A DNA stretch of 64,000 nucleotides from Ginglymostoma cirratum (Eukaryota): NCBI GenBank assembly GCA_024137785.1, contig JAHRHZ010000018.1:1-64000 (forward strand), read 5' to 3'. Positions 38,104 to 51,962 of this stretch are shown in pieces (the first letter of the stretch is position 1; the number at the start of each line of letters is the position of its first letter). The notes below the pieces were generated by a model. The model made no database searches and was not told the DNA's origin. It saw nothing but the letters and a program-made list of their open reading frames with translations. The position numbers and the translations under genes were made by a program.

Positions 38104-41100
38104 TGAGGACAGTGCAGCAGGTCAGCATGGGGGTGAGTTTTTTTTATTCATTTGTGGGATGTGGGCATCGCTGGCTGGCCAGCATTTCTTGCCCATCCCT
38201 AGTTATCCTTGAGAAGGTGGTCATGAGCTGCCTTTTTGAGCGGCTGCAGTCTTCCTGCTGTGGGTTGACCCACAATGCTATTAGGGAGGGAATTCTAGGA
38301 TTTTGATCCAATCATGAAGTTGTATAGAATTTCATGAATTGGAAGACAGGAAGCTAGAATGTGTTTGTGAAAATAATATGGAAGGAAAATATATGATCCC
38401 TTTAAGGGATAGAGTGCTTTTCTTAGTTTGGAGATTCATACAGGAAAATGTGTCTGCAAGCAGCTGCAGATTAGAGAGATCGTGATCCTAAATGTGCATT
38501 GAAGGATTATACTGTTAGTAGGCAAAGCAGAAATTTTACCAAAACAACAGGTTTTTGAATTTCGCCAATTAATTTAAACCATGCTCTAGATACTGATATT
38601 AATTGAATTTAAATCTGATGGTGTTGACAACCTGGGACCAACCTTCAAGGGTATAAGAAAAAAGGCATTTGGAAAATTAGCAGAGAGCAAATTACCATCT
38701 GAGGAAAGAGCCAAGTGCCATCTAAAACGAAAGCAAATCCGCCACCTGAAACATAAACCTGGCTTTCACACAAAATCATTAAGCTTTTGAAATATCCCCA
38801 TCAAAGGTGCCATGGAATTTTTAGTTCAAAGCCCTCACAGAAGAAATTACAGAGAGAATTGTAGAAAGAGAAGACGTTCCTGACAGAAGATCAACAGAGA
38901 AGATGGAACTTTCAGAAAGGCACATTCTTGTGAACTTGCAGAGATTAAATTTTAATTTATTGTTGTCTATTTAATTAGGTTTATATAAGTAGGATGTGTA
39001 CTTATTTGAAAAGCATTCCATTTGCATTTAGTTCAGTTAGCGAATAGGTTGTATTCGGGGGGATTTTTTTAGTTTGTTCATAATTGTTAATTTGTTCATC
39101 ACTAAGGTTAAATAAATAAATTGTTACTTGTTATCTATAAGGTCAAAAATCACACAAAACCAGGTTATAGTCCAACAGGTTTATTTGAAGACACAAGTAC
39201 TGGGGCTCCCATTAGCATTGAGTAGAATAACAGTAGGGACAGTGTGGCAACAGTTAGAATTGCAAGTTCTCTCCAGGTCCCAGCCCATCACGACTTGTAA
39301 TCTCAGCCTTTCCTTCATCAGTGCTGGGTCTGCTTATTGGAATACCCTAGTTAACAGCCAGCACCAGGTCAAAGGACAGCCCCAGGCAGAGCTGAGATTG
39401 ACCAGAATGAGGCAAGCCATGCCTTACATTGGATATATTTGTCACATTGTTTGGAAAAATAATGCTTAACAGTTTGATCATTAAGGTTTGAACATCCCCA
39501 GAACACTGTCTGGGTCTCTGTTTTAATCATCTTGTGATGATCCCACTTGGCCATTGCCTGCGCTCAGTATGATTGGCTTGGCTCCTGTTTTCATTGATAT
39601 TTTAATATTGCCTGGTCATCTAGTTTGTGTTGTTTGTATTTTGCCAATCATTTTCAAATTGTTGTCCTCGTTTTTCTGACACAGGAGATAGAACCAAGAA
39701 TGACCATTCCTTCTGAGATAATAGGTACTGCAGATGCTGGAGAATCCGAGATAACAAGGTGTGGAGCTGGATGAACACAGCAGGCCAAGCAGCATCATAG
39801 GAGCATTCCTTCTTCCTGCCCACATATCCATGCTATCCCATCTTTGTTCTTTTCATTTCTTACCCCCCATGTTTTCCTCCTCACCGTTTCCCTTCCCTCT
39901 GTGTATTCCCACCCTTCTTTCAAACTCTTCCCTCTTCCACCCTTTCCTCAAACTTATTTGTCTCTCTGTGCCCCTCACTCTCCCATTATTTCCGGCCCTC
40001 TCTGTGGTGGCCATTCCCCCCACTGCCACCGGCCTCAATATTTTCCTCAAGCTCTGTCTTGCTGTGGCTTTAATGGGTGGCCAACCCATTGGCCTAAATG
40101 GGTGGGAAAAATCTCGTGTCAGACTCACAATGTATGCCCCTCACCCTGGCCCTTCCTTTTCCCCTCCCCAGCCAACTCCTTCTTCAACCTTGCTTCTCCA
40201 GAATTCTCAATACATCCAGAAACCGGGACACACGCCCTAAGCCTGATTGGTGAGGCTTAAACATCTCCTGGGATCAATCCTTGGGATCTGATTAGGATCC
40301 AGTCAATGAGGGAGAAAGAGGAACACCAGATTAGGTCAGTACACACATTGGTGAAGCAGCTCATTGGCTTCACTGTGAGCCTCAGGAATGTTGGACCTGG
40401 CTGGGGGATTGGGAAGTTCAAGGGTCAGTGGTTTCCCTGCCCCTGGTCCTGTTTGACCAACCTTCCTGCCTTTGACCCTGTCGACAATGGCCTGGAACAG
40501 TCCAGGCCTGTGGGAGTGTAAATGGATGGAATGTGCTCTTATGTAGCTCAGGCCTGGAGTGGGTCTTGATGCTGCTGACTCAGGGACCTGAGCTGAAACA
40601 CAGACCTCTCTGGTCTCTGCTCCTGCACACTCACATCGACCCCAGCAGCCACTTCCCTCCAGAATGACACAAACATGGCGAGAGAGGGGAAGTTAAACTG
40701 CAGGCAGCTGCCTCAGACAAGGTGTACAATTGAACAATGAGGTGAATTGGAGCCTGTGACCACAGACTATTTGACAGCTCACCATAAGAGGAAGGATTTG
40801 ATGCCATGACTGTGGCTGCAGTTCCCTCTCCACAACGGCTCTGTAACACTTAGCCCCGTAACCACTTTCAGGGACAAATCTCTGACATTGATGGTGAACA
40901 TTCAATGCAGATGGGTAAATCATCAGCTGCAAACCTACTCCTGAGCATATCGCTCCCTTTAGCCAGATAACTGACTGACAGTCCTTTGTATTCTTTCTAT
41001 ATTGCAAACATGTCATTGACCAAGGACATCAATCAATTCTAAGTTGGTAAAGGCCTGTTTTAGCATCAAGGTCTCTCAAGTCAATCCTCACAGGGATTGG

Positions 41101-41777
41101 TGCAGGTCAAACTCGCTTTCAGGAATGTGCCCCAAATTCCTCATGACTGTTTCTTGTATTGGTCCATGCAACAACATTCAGTCAGCAAACTCTGAGTCAG
41201 GCTTGAACCCACACATTGAGGTCTGGCAAACCGTTCAACCTGAGTCTCGTCACTAGTGGTTCTTTCCTGCCGAAGCATGCACCTTCCAGGATGTGTCAGT
41301 GGATAAAACAAGGAAATTAAAGAGACCTCAAGATGATGAAAGATCTCTCAGGGGAATGAAAAGAGGAACTATTAATACCGTGGTTGGGGACACTCTGACC
41401 AACATGGCACAGAGATTGAAAATGAGAGCCTTTGTCGGTATCAGTCAAAACTGTATCAACACCCAAGTGCAGCTTAAAAAAGAAACACATTGTGAAATGC
41501 CTGCGTGTGTGTCACAGTGGATTTCAAATCATTGAAACAGATTTGCGTTGGTGTTTCCCCCTCCAGGATAAAGGGAGATGAGAATGGAGGAGAGCTATGT
41601 GTTGGATGGGACTGCAGCTCATGTTGCAGTTGGATAGGACTTTAGTTCGGTCACATTTGGAATATTGTGTCCATTTCTGGTCACCACACTATCAGAAGGA
41701 TGTGGAGGCTTTGGAGAGGTTTTGTCGGTGCAGGGCTTCAATTTCAGCTTCACAAACACAGAGAGTACTGAAACTGA

Positions 41778-42294
41778 GATAACAAGGTGTAAAGCTGGAT
41801 GAACACAGCAGGCCAAGCAGCATCGGAGGAGCAGGAAAGCTGACNNNNNNNNNNNNNNNNNNNNNNNNNNNNNNNNNNNNNNNNNNNNNNNNNNNNNNNN
41901 NNNNNNNNNNNNNNNNNNNNNNNNNNNNNNNNNNNNNNNNNNNNNNNNNNNNNNNNNNNNNNNNNNNNNNNNNNNNNNNNNNNNNNNNNNNNNNNNNNNN
42001 NNNNNNNNNNNNNNNNNNNNNNNNNNNNNNNNNNNNNNNNNNNNNNNNNNNNNNNNNNNNNNNNNNNNNNNNNNNNNNNNNNNNNNNNNNNNNNNNNNNN
42101 NNNNNNNNNNNNNNNNNNNNNNNNNNNNNNNNNNNNNNNNNNNNNNNNNNNNNNNNNNNNNNNNNNNNNNNNNNNNNNNNNNNNNNNNNNNNNNNNNNNN
42201 NNNNNNNNNNNNNNNNNNNNNNNNNNNNNNNNNNNNNNNNNNNNTACACCTTGTTATCTCAGATTCTCCAGCATCTGCAGTTCCCACTTTTTCT
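41778..42294. mobile_element. PLE-derived inverted-repeat insertion spanning assembly gap 2 (41845-42244)
   Basis: Inverted arms; duplication GAGTACTGAAACTGA at 41763-41777 and 42295-42309. Confidence 0.85.
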
Positions 42295-44699
42295 GAGTAC
42301 TGAAACTGATTGGGTTGGGTTCAGAGGTCTGTACTTGAATTGTCTCACTCTGTAAATAAATGTAACACTGAGTAAAGGTTCACTCCCGTTTCCTCTTTTA
42401 CCAACAGGGAGATTTCTGAAATTGAACAGTGGGACTTATTGGATATCCTGATCGAACAGCTAACATCATCACAATGGACCAAAGGGCCTCCTTCTGTGCT
42501 ATATTGTTTTACAGTTAAACATGTTCTTTCTTTCTGTCTGAGACAGTTTCCTGTCCCATTCTCACTTCTCCGCACTTTGACTTCTCAGCCCCTGGGGAGG
42601 GAAAACATGGAGCATGCACTTGACCCTAAACCCAAGCATTTTAGGCTAGCTGGGATTGGAGGCCCAGCTGGGCAGGGGAGGGAGGAGGCAGGAGGTTGGG
42701 GGAGGACGGACAAGAGAGAGATGGTCATCGGGGGGCCATGTGACACTAGGCACAGGGCACTCCCAAAGCAGGTACTCCACAACCTCTCCTCCATTAGGGG
42801 CTAGGAAAGAAGGCAATGGGCAGAATGTTTACTTTATTTACTGTGTCACACCCAACTTTAAATATAACGTGGTGGCAGGTTGTCATAAACCCACCCCTCA
42901 GAAAAGAGGCACATTTGAAATAATTGGATGTTTTAAAGGGTTAATGTGTGGACAGTAAGTTCTAGAAACACTCAGATAAAAAGTGGCATGGATGCTTATT
43001 TGAGGGGACACTCACATTGTTTCTCCAAAGCCTGACCAAGAAAACCTTTAGCAGTAAGCTCAATCGGAGGAGGGGCTGGTTCAGGATCTTCTCTTTGACC
43101 TGAGATTCTTAATCTGTCCTTGAAATTGCTAATGTTAGTCTGATCAAACCTGTTTCATTGCAGTTAAATAAATTGCACACAGTGTTTGGAGGTGGTTTAA
43201 AATAAACTCAATTAGAAGTATTCTTTATGTGGCAAACAGCGAGACTCATATCCAATCTGAATATTGAACATTTCAAGAAATACAGTTGTTATCTTCAATG
43301 AAAAGCAGAAACAAGGGGCCAGACATTATACAGTTACAGACACAGGACAGTGACCACAGACTATAACACTGTCCAGTTGCAGAGGTTGTGAGAAACTATC
43401 ACCCATTGCCATGTGGGCCATGTGATCTACAACACAACATTTCTTTAAACATCACAACAACACTCAAGAAGCTTGACACCATCTAGGACAAAGTAGCCTG
43501 TTTGATTGGCACCACATCCACAAGCATCCACTTTGTCCACCACTGATGCTCAGCAACAGCAGTGCCTATCTTCTACAAGATGGGCTGCAGAAATTTACTG
43601 AATATCCTCAGACAATACCTGACAAACACATGACCACTTGCATCTAGAAGGACAAGAGGAGCAGATACATGGAAATACCACCCCTGCAAGTTCCCCTTCA
43701 AGCCAATAAGAAAATAATAAAAGGAGTTAGCCTGATGTCTGCTGGGGGAAAATGCTGGAATCCATTACCAAGGCTGTTATGGCAAGAGACTTCGAAATCT
43801 CAATGTAGACAGGCAGAGTCACTGTGGTTTTGTGGAAGTGAAAATGTGTTTGACTGATTCATTATCTTGTTGACAAAACAGCAAGCAATGTGGAGAAAGG
43901 GTGATCTGTCGATGTGTTACATTTGTATTTTGAAAGCACATCAAAGGTTATGTCATACAAAAGAGTTCATGTTGAAGGGAGGATCATATTATCATGAATA
44001 GAGGGTGGATTCTCAAAAGGAAACAGAGAGTGGGATAAATGAATCCTTTTCGGGCCATAACTCGTGAAGTTTTCCTTTGATTTGTTCATGGTTATTGGGC
44101 ATCACTAACTGGGCAGCATTTATTGCCCATTCCAAAGTGCCCAGAGGGAGTTACATTAGGCCAGACAAGGTAAGCATCAGAGATTGTCACAGGGTCAGTG
44201 TTGAAGCCTCAACTATTTACAATCTCTCTCAATGAGTGTGCATGGTCTGGGAAGGCTGTCTTGCAGTCAGTATCTGTTAATCTTAATGTTCCAGGTCCCA
44301 GGCATCCCACGGAAGGATTGCTTCTGTAGGTTAGGTTTCAGGAATTTATTTAGGGCCGGTCCAAACAAAATTAAAAATATTATTAGTTTACAACATTAAT
44401 CTTCTGACAAATGCAGCCACAAAACAGGATTTCAGATGCTCAGTTTATCCAGAAAGTAACTCAGTGATTCCTGCCTGGAAGCTCCCAACCTCTCTCATTA
44501 GGCAGTGGTGAATGTATGTATCCCAGACACAATGTCAGTCGAGGCTGCATTTGGTCCTAACATGTTGGAGCTATGAAGGGAAAATGACCAATAATGGCCT
44601 GTTATCACACCGCACTCACTGCCGCTTTTAATTCCATTTCATTGGTTACTGTGTTCAGTCTTAAAGTCAGTGGGTCACGGTAGCTTTCTGAGACTTGGA

Positions 44700-45240
44700 G
44701 GACTCTTTGAATGGCAGGACACAAGGAAGCTCAGAGGGACAAGGCGATCTTGGGGAGCTTGTCCACAGATCCCTGAAGGGGGCAGGAGATGTTAATAGGG
44801 TTGTTACGAAGGCATATGGTCCACTTGCCTTTGTCGATCAAGCCAAAGATTATCAGTGCAGGGAGGTTATGTTGGAACTGTACAGAACGTTCATCAGGCA
44901 ACAGCTGGAGTAAAGTGAGCAGTTCTGGTCAGCACACTACTGGAAGGATCTGATTGCACTGGAGGGGGTGCAGAGGAGATTCATCAGGACATTGCCTGGG
45001 ATGGAACAGTTTAGCTAAAAAGAGAGTTTGGGTAAATTTGTGTTGTTTTCTTTGGACCAGAGAAGGCTGAGGTGGATCTGAGTGATGTGAGTAAGATGAT
45101 GAAGGGTATGGATAGGGTGGATTGAAATCAGCTGTAATAAAGGAGGGAACATATGGTAAGACCTTGGGGAGTTGTTATACAGAGAAATAGACTCAATGGG
45201 CTGAAGGACATCTTTTTGTACTGAATGATTCTATGATTCT
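44700..45240 (+). mobile_element. Decayed CR1 3' fragment (another at about 43880-44230)
   Basis: DLGELVHRSLKGAGDVNRVVTKAYG...REVMLELYRT. Confidence 0.85.
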
Positions 45241-45584
45241 ACATGCTGATGACATCACTACTGGATCACAGCCTGTGATCTGAGAGTACAAAGATCACAG
45301 ACTTCATCTTGCATCAGATCACATGAAGCATGAGACTCGTCTGGAAATAATCCTGCTCTCTGGACCCAATCGCGAATATTAGCCCAGACATTGACATGCC
45401 TGAGGAAGATCATGTTGGTCGATTATAGGAGCTTCCTCCATTTCTGAAGTCGCTGTACATAATTGTAGCCTTTAGACTCATTAAAGACACAATCCCCACA
45501 CCTAGATTCTCATGTTATAGGAGATAGCATAAACATCGCTGCATCAGGTAAAGTACTCTGTTGGAGTCAAAACTGGAAACATAC

Positions 45585-45627
45585 CTTTAAGCTCATTTTA
45601 AAGAGAATGATCCAGATACTTCATTGT
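45585..45627 (-). pseudogene. Cytoplasmic exon TMKYLDHSL*NELK, second half of an ITAM-like motif
   Basis: Strong acceptor tttctctttttcctttcag| and donor AAG|gtatgt; 43 nt, phase 0 to 1; TAA at 45598-45600 sits where Y of YNEL is expected. Confidence 0.65.
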
Positions 45628-46609
45628 CTGAAAGGAAAAAGAGAAATGTTAAAAAATGTGGTCTATAACATTGACACAATGATGGCTTATTTAGAATTAT
45701 TTCACATTCTAACAATATATACTGTTTATGGGTAAAAGGGATTTCTCTCCCTGGAAGCAGATCCATGTTAACAGCCTCCTTCACTCATTAGTATCGGCTG
45801 AGAGGAAAAATCATTTGTTTTTGAGACTGGAGATTTTGGATTGAAAGCCAAGTCCTGACATTTGATCATACCATCCAAGATGGTCCCTCAGTGCAGTACA
45901 GAGGCAGTGCAGCATTGTCAGCAGGATAGGCTTTTCAATGAGATGACAAACTGAAGCCCTGTCTTCTCGATCAAGGGGACAGATGAATTTTTTGAAAGAA
46001 ATTTCTTTCCTCAAACTGCTAATCTTTGGAATTCTCTCCCCAACACAGTTGACAAATTTCCAGCTTTGAGAGCATCTTTTGTTGAAATGGACAGGCCTCT
46101 GGCTTTTCTGAGAATTTTTGGGACATGAGGAGCAGGTGGAAAAGTGGAATTGGGGCAGATTATCCTTCAGGATTGTATCTAATGGTGAAGCAGCTTGGAG
46201 GCGCTATCGGCTTTACACTTGCTCCTATTTCTTATGTTCTCATATTCCAAAGCAGCATTGTTATCCCAGTGACCTTGCTGCATTTAAACTGATCCCTCCT
46301 TTTGGAGAACAGTGACCACGGTTCTAAAGGACTTCATTTGTTGCAAAGTCTACCAGGCCATGTTGAGGCTGTGAGAGGAGTGATATAAATGGAAAAAGTT
46401 ATTTCTTTATGAGAATTGTGGAATGCAGTGATGACCACAGCTTACTACTGAGGTTGGAAGTGACTGAGGAGACCAGAGTATTATGTATGGGAGAGGAAGG
46501 GACAGCAGAGAGTCTGTGAAGTTGATTGGAAGAGGATGATAATTGAACTTAGGGTTTCCAGGATGGGGCTCAAGGGCTGATGGTCTGAACCTGGGACTGG
46601 AAAGCAATG

Positions 46610-47880
46610 ATATCAGAGAGTGGAGACAGTAAAATGAGAGCTGACCAGGAAGATCCCAGTAATCAAGTTGGGAATCCATCATGGTGGACAATCTGGATTC
46701 TAGTCACTGACCACATTCCCACTAGTGATCATTGGTGGATAGAGATGTCAGTCAGATGATGGGGCCAATTGAAACTCAGGAAGAGGACTGTTTGGGAATA
46801 GGGTGAATTTTGTAAAATTCGGATGTTAATTGCAGCGTGAGATATTTACCATATATGTTGAATCAGAATCTGCTGGAGAATCTTTCACATTCTGTAATAA
46901 GACGGAAACAACAAAGATGGGGTTAATTAATCATTGTGAAATGAGAGACAATTGAATGCTGATTAGGCAGAGCAGAGAATTATAGTTTTGAAACATTTCT
47001 ATTTCCATGAAAGTGGCTGATTTGCCAAACAGTTTCTGAATCCTGGTTGTAGGCAGCTGACAGTACAGCCAAGTGGAAGAGGAATAGAACTCCTGGAGAG
47101 AAGCAGATCCCAGAGGGAAAATCAGGAACAATATCAGCAATATTTTGACCTGAACATCCCAGTCAGATTGAACCCTTATTGTGAATTACACAAGGCAAGT
47201 TGGATCAGTATGTTTCATTTGCCAATTTTAGTGTTTTATTTTCCTGCTGAAGGATTAGTCACTGGTCACCATGAGGGCAAATTAAAGATGAACCATACTA
47301 AGCTGCTCTCAAATAGCCCCAAATGAGTGTGTGAGAGATTATGCAGAGATCTGGGATCAGATCTCCTGCTCTGTCTCTATGTCAGCAAGTAATGAACTAG
47401 CGACACAAGCTGTCATGGAGCGGAAATGGTTTTATCATTTGTATTTTTGATTGTGGACCGAAATGGGAAATTCACTGTTCTATAAACCAAGAATTGTTGA
47501 GGTATTATTGCACTGTCTGAAATCAAGGAAACTGACTCTCATTGTTGAGGCAGTATTGGGAGTGTGTTTACAGACCAGATGCAGCTGGAGAGTGGAGAGG
47601 GAGAGGGGTGTAAGAGGGGGTGTCAAAATATCATTCTAATTGGCAACACATAGCTGATTGGTCTGTGAACACATGATAGCAAATGCCTTCTCCTCCCAAT
47701 AATGATGTGAGTGTTTCACAGGGAGCTGAACAATTTTGGGCGTGTGAACAAGATACAGTGAAGCCAACAGTTCTCCACCAGGTCAGGAGCTGTCTCTCTG
47801 TTCTCTGCAGCAAAACAGTACTTTGAGCCTGAAGAAAGTCTGCTGATTTCTTCTTCAGCATTTCCCGTAAGCTGGAGGTT
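46610..47880. repeat. Unit 1 of an approximately 1.3-kb direct duplication (unit 2 at about 51095-52360)
   Basis: Colinear similarity, e.g. atcagagagtggagacagtaa, gggaatagggtgaattttgtaaaa, gcagctgacagtacagcc, cctgaagaaagtc. Confidence 0.92.
46850..46891 (-). pseudogene. Cytoplasmic exon NVKDSPADSDSTYM, first half of the ITAM-like motif, copy 1
   Basis: tcttattacag| acceptor, ATG|gtaaat donor, 42 nt, phase 0 to 0. Confidence 0.7.
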
Positions 47881-50815
47881 ATAAGACCATAAGACCATAA
47901 GGCATAGGAGCAGAAATTAAGCCATTTGGCACATCGAGACTTCTCTGCCATTCAATCATTGCTGATAAGTTCCTCAACCCCATTTTCCTGCTTTCTCCCT
48001 GTAACCCCTGATCCCCTTGATAATCAAGAACCTATCGATCTCAGTCTTAAATGTACTCAATGACCTCGCCTCCACAGCCTTCTGTGGCAGTGAATTCCAT
48101 AGATTCACCACTCCCTGGCTGAAGAAGTTTCTCCTTATCTCCATTCTAAAAGGTCTTCCCTTTACTCTAAGGCTGTGCCCTCGGATCCTAGACTCTCCTA
48201 CCAATGGAAGCATCTTCCCAACATCCACTCTGTCCAGGCCATTCAGTATTCTGTAAGTCTTAATTAGATCACCCCCCCATCCTTCTAAACACCAATGAGT
48301 ATAGTCCCAGAGTCCTCAAACTTTCCTCATATGTTAAGCTTTCCATTCCTGGGACTATTCTCATGAACCTCCTTTGAACTCGCTCCAGGGCCAGTACATC
48401 CTTCCTGACATATGGGGCCCAAAACTGCACATAATACTCCAAATGTGGCCTGGCCAGAGCCTTATAAATCCTCAGTCGTACATCCCTGCTTTTATATTCA
48501 AGTCCTTTCAAAATAAATGCCATTATTGCATTTGCCTTCCTGACTACTGACTCAACCTGCAAGTTTAACTTGAGAGAACAAAAACAAAATTGTTGGAGGG
48601 GCTCAGCAGGTCAGAGGAAGTGTCACCGGACCCAAAATGTTTACTCTGTTTTTCCCTTCACAGATGCTGTCAGACCTGCTGAGCCTCTCCAACAATTTTG
48701 TTTTTGTTCCTGATTTACAGCATTCACAGTTCTTTCGGTTTTTACCTTGAGAGAATCCTGGACGAGAACTCCCAAGTCTCTTTGCACTTCAGACTTCTGA
48801 ATTGTCCCCATTTAGAAAATAGTCCATGCTTCTATTCTTCTTACCAAAGTGCATGACCTCACACTTTCCCACTTTGTACTCCATCTGCCACTTCTTTGCC
48901 CATTCTACTAACCTGTCCAAATCCTTATGCAGTTTCGCCACCTCCTCAATACGACCTGTCCCTCCACCTATCTTTGTATCATCTGCAAACTTAGCCAGAA
49001 TGCCCACAGTCCCTTCATCTAGATCATTAATATATAAAGTAAAAAGTTGTGGTCCCAACACTGACCCTTATGGATCACCACTTTACACCGGCTGCCATCC
49101 TGAGAAAGACACATTTATCCCCACTCTCTGTTTTCTATCAGATGGCCAATCTTCTATCCATGCTAGCATCTGGCCTCTAACACCATGGACCCTTATTTTA
49201 CTCACCAGCCTCCTGTGTGGCACCTTATCAAAGGCCTTTTTGAAGTCCAGGTAGATAACACCTATTGGGTCTCCTTGGTCTACCCTGCTCATTACTTCCT
49301 CAAAGAATTCTAGCAGATTTGTCTGCTAGGTAACCTCCCCTTGATGAAACTGTGCTGACTTTACCCTATTTTACTATACACTTCTAAATATTCGGAAATC
49401 TCATTTTTTACAATGGACTCCAAAATCTTACCCATGGCCGAGGTTAGGCTAATCGGCCTGTAATTTTCCATCTTTTGCCTTACTCCCTTTTTAAACAGGG
49501 GTATCATGTTAGTGATTTTCCAGTTGTCTGGGACCCTCCCTGACTCTAGTGATTCCTGAAAGATCACCACTAACTCTTCCACTATCTCTTCAGCTATCTC
49601 CTTTAGAACTCTGAAGAGTAGTCCATCTGGTCCAGGTAATTTGTCCACCTTCAGGCCAATCAGTTTTACTAGCACCTTTTCCTTGGCGATGGCCACTATA
49701 CTCAACTCTGCCCCATGACTCTCTTGAATTTTTGGGATATTACTCGTGTCTTCCACCGTGAAGACTGAATCAAAGTAATTATTCAGCTCCTCAGCCATTT
49801 CCTTGTTCCCCACTGTTATTTCTCCACCGTCATTTTCCAGTGGTCCAATGTCCACTTTTGCCTCTCTTTTGCCCTTTATATACCTAAAGAAACTCTTACA
49901 GTCTTCATTTATATTACTGGCTAGTTTACCCTCATATTTAATTTTCTCCCTCCTTATTTCTTTTTTTGTTGCCCTCTGTTGATCTTTGTAAGCTTCCCAG
50001 TCCTCTCGTTTCCCACTGCCCTTTGCCAAATTACATGCTTTCTCTTTTGCTTTTATGCTATCCCTGACTTCCTTGGTCAGCCGTGGTTGCCTCATCCTCC
50101 CTGTACCATGCTTCTTTTTCTTAGGGATGAATTTTTGCTGCATCTCCTGAATTACTCCCAGAAACTCCTGTCTTTGCTGTTCCACTGTCTTTCCTGCTAG
50201 GATCCTCTTCCAGTTAATTCTGTCCTGATCTTCCCTCATACCTCTATAGTCGCTTTTCTTCAGCTGTAATACCATTACCTCTGATTCGATCTTCTCCCTG
50301 TCAAATTGCAGTGTAAATTCTATCAGCTTATGGTCACTGTTTCCTAAGGGTTCCTTTACCTTAAGCTCCCTTATCAAGTCTGCCTCATTGCACAACACTA
50401 ATTCCAGTATTGCCTGTTCCCTTGTGGGCTCCACCACGAGCTGCTCCAAAAAGCTATCTCAGAGACATTCCACAAACTCCTTTTCTTGCAATCCACTACC
50501 AACATGATTTTCCCAGTTCACATGCATATTGAAATCCCCCATGATCACTGTGACTTTGCCTTTCTTACACACCTTTTCTATCTTCCTGGTACATCTCGCA
50601 TCCCAGCTCCTGACTACTGTTTGGAGGCCTGTACACAACCCCAACTATGGTTTTTTTTTTACCTTTGAAGCTCCTCAATTCTACCCACACAGATTCTACA
50701 CCATCTGACCCTAATTTGTTTCTTCCTATTGATTTAATTTCATTTCTCACGAAAAAGGCAACCCCCCCCCCCCTTGGCCCACCTGCCTGTCTTTTCGATA
50801 GGATGTATATCCTAC
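47881..50815 (-). mobile_element. 5'-truncated CR1 LINE with most of ORF2, containing a small inverted PLE-type insert (about 48579-48745)
   Basis: IMGDFN, SDH, YLDFKKAFDKVPH, AKFADDTK; (TCTTATGG)n tail at 47881-47901; insert flanked by CTTGAGAGAA. Confidence 0.95.
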
Positions 50816-51045
50816 TGAATCAGCATGAGTGCTATAAGTGTGAATCAGTCAGAGAGCTGCTATTAGTGTGAATCTGTCAGGGAGCTGCCAAAAATGTGAA
50901 TCATTCAGGGAGCTACAACAAGTATAAATCTGTCAGGGAGATGCCACTAGTGTGAATCAGTCAGAGAGTTGCTATTCATGTGAATTAGTCAAAGAGTTGC
51001 CATAAATGTGAATCAGTCAGGGAGCTGCTATAAGTGTGAAGCAGT
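50815..51045. repeat. About 28-29-bp minisatellite (roughly 8 degenerate copies; 2-3 more at 52368-52432)
   Basis: Unit gtgtgaatcagtcagggagctgctataa. Confidence 0.9.
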
Positions 51046-51331
51046 CCCCCTGTGCCCCCTGTAAACTAGTGAAAGCATCTGGAGAAGGAATGGGATCAGA
51101 GAGTGGAGACAGTAATATGAGACATGAGCAGGAAGATCCCAGTAATTGAATTGGGAATGCAGCATGAAGGACAATCTGGTTTGCTAGGCACTGAGCACAT
51201 TCCCACTGGAGGCGATTAGTGGATAGAAATGTTAGTCAGATGATACGACCAACGGGAACGCAGAAAGAGAACTCTGGGAATAGGGTGAATTTTGTAAAAC
51301 CCAGATGATAATTGCAATGCGACATATTCAC

Positions 51332-51373
51332 CATGTATGTTGAGTCAGAATTTGCTGGACAATCTTTCACATG
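51332..51373 (-). pseudogene. Cytoplasmic exon HVKDCPANSDSTYM, copy 2
   Basis: tcttattacag| acceptor, ATG|gtgaat donor, 42 nt; synonymous differences from copy 1 at the Asp and Tyr codons. Confidence 0.7.
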
Positions 51374-51930
51374 CTGTAATAAGATGGAAACAAGAAATAT
51401 TACATTCAGTTATCATTGTGAAATGAGAGATGACTGAACACTGATTAGACAGAGTCAGGAATTACAGCGTTGAAATGTTTCTATTTCCATGGAAGCAGCT
51501 GATTTAACAAACAATTTCCAAATCATAACTGTGAGCAGCTGACAGTACAGCCGAGTGGAAGCGGAATAGAGTTACTGCAGAGAAGCAGATCCCAGGCCTG
51601 AACATTCTAGTCAAACTGAACCCTCATTTTGAGTTACACAAGGCAAGTTGGACCAGTATATCTCATTTGCCATTTTGAGTACTTTTTTTTCTGCTGAAGG
51701 TTCAGTCACTGGTCACCATGAAGGCAAATTGGAGATGAGTCATGATGAGCTGCTCTCCAATAGTTCTGAATGTATGTGTGAGAGGCTATGTAGAGACCTG
51801 GGATCAGTTCGCCTGGTCTCTCTCCATGCCAGGGAGTAATGAGCTAGAGACATGAGCTGTCATGGAGTGGAAATGTTTTCATCTTTTGTATCTTTGATTG
51901 TGGACTGAAATGGGAAATTCACTGATTTAC

Positions 51931-51962
51931 CAATCAAGGATTGTCAGGGATTGCCGCACTTT
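51931..51962 (-). pseudogene. Possible 32-nt cytoplasmic exon (E)SAAIPDNP*L; paralogue at about 47488-47516
   Basis: ttgatttcag| acceptor in both units, TTG|gtaaat donor; phase 1 to 0 would bridge the 55580 and STYM exons; contains TGA. Confidence 0.4.

Noticed and set aside
45521-45547. 27-nt + strand micro-exon candidate GDSINIAASG
   Set aside because: Isolated, with no partner exons; such splice-like pairs arise by chance
47811-47866. + strand exon-like segment (tctgcag|...|gtaagc) with a paralogue near 52297
   Set aside because: Frame is not conserved between the two copies and no + strand partner exons were found; the convincing exons in these units are on -
50815-51045. Regularly spaced repeats of about 28 bp resembling a CRISPR array
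   Set aside because: Contiguous degenerate units without unique spacers in eukaryotic DNA, so a minisatellite
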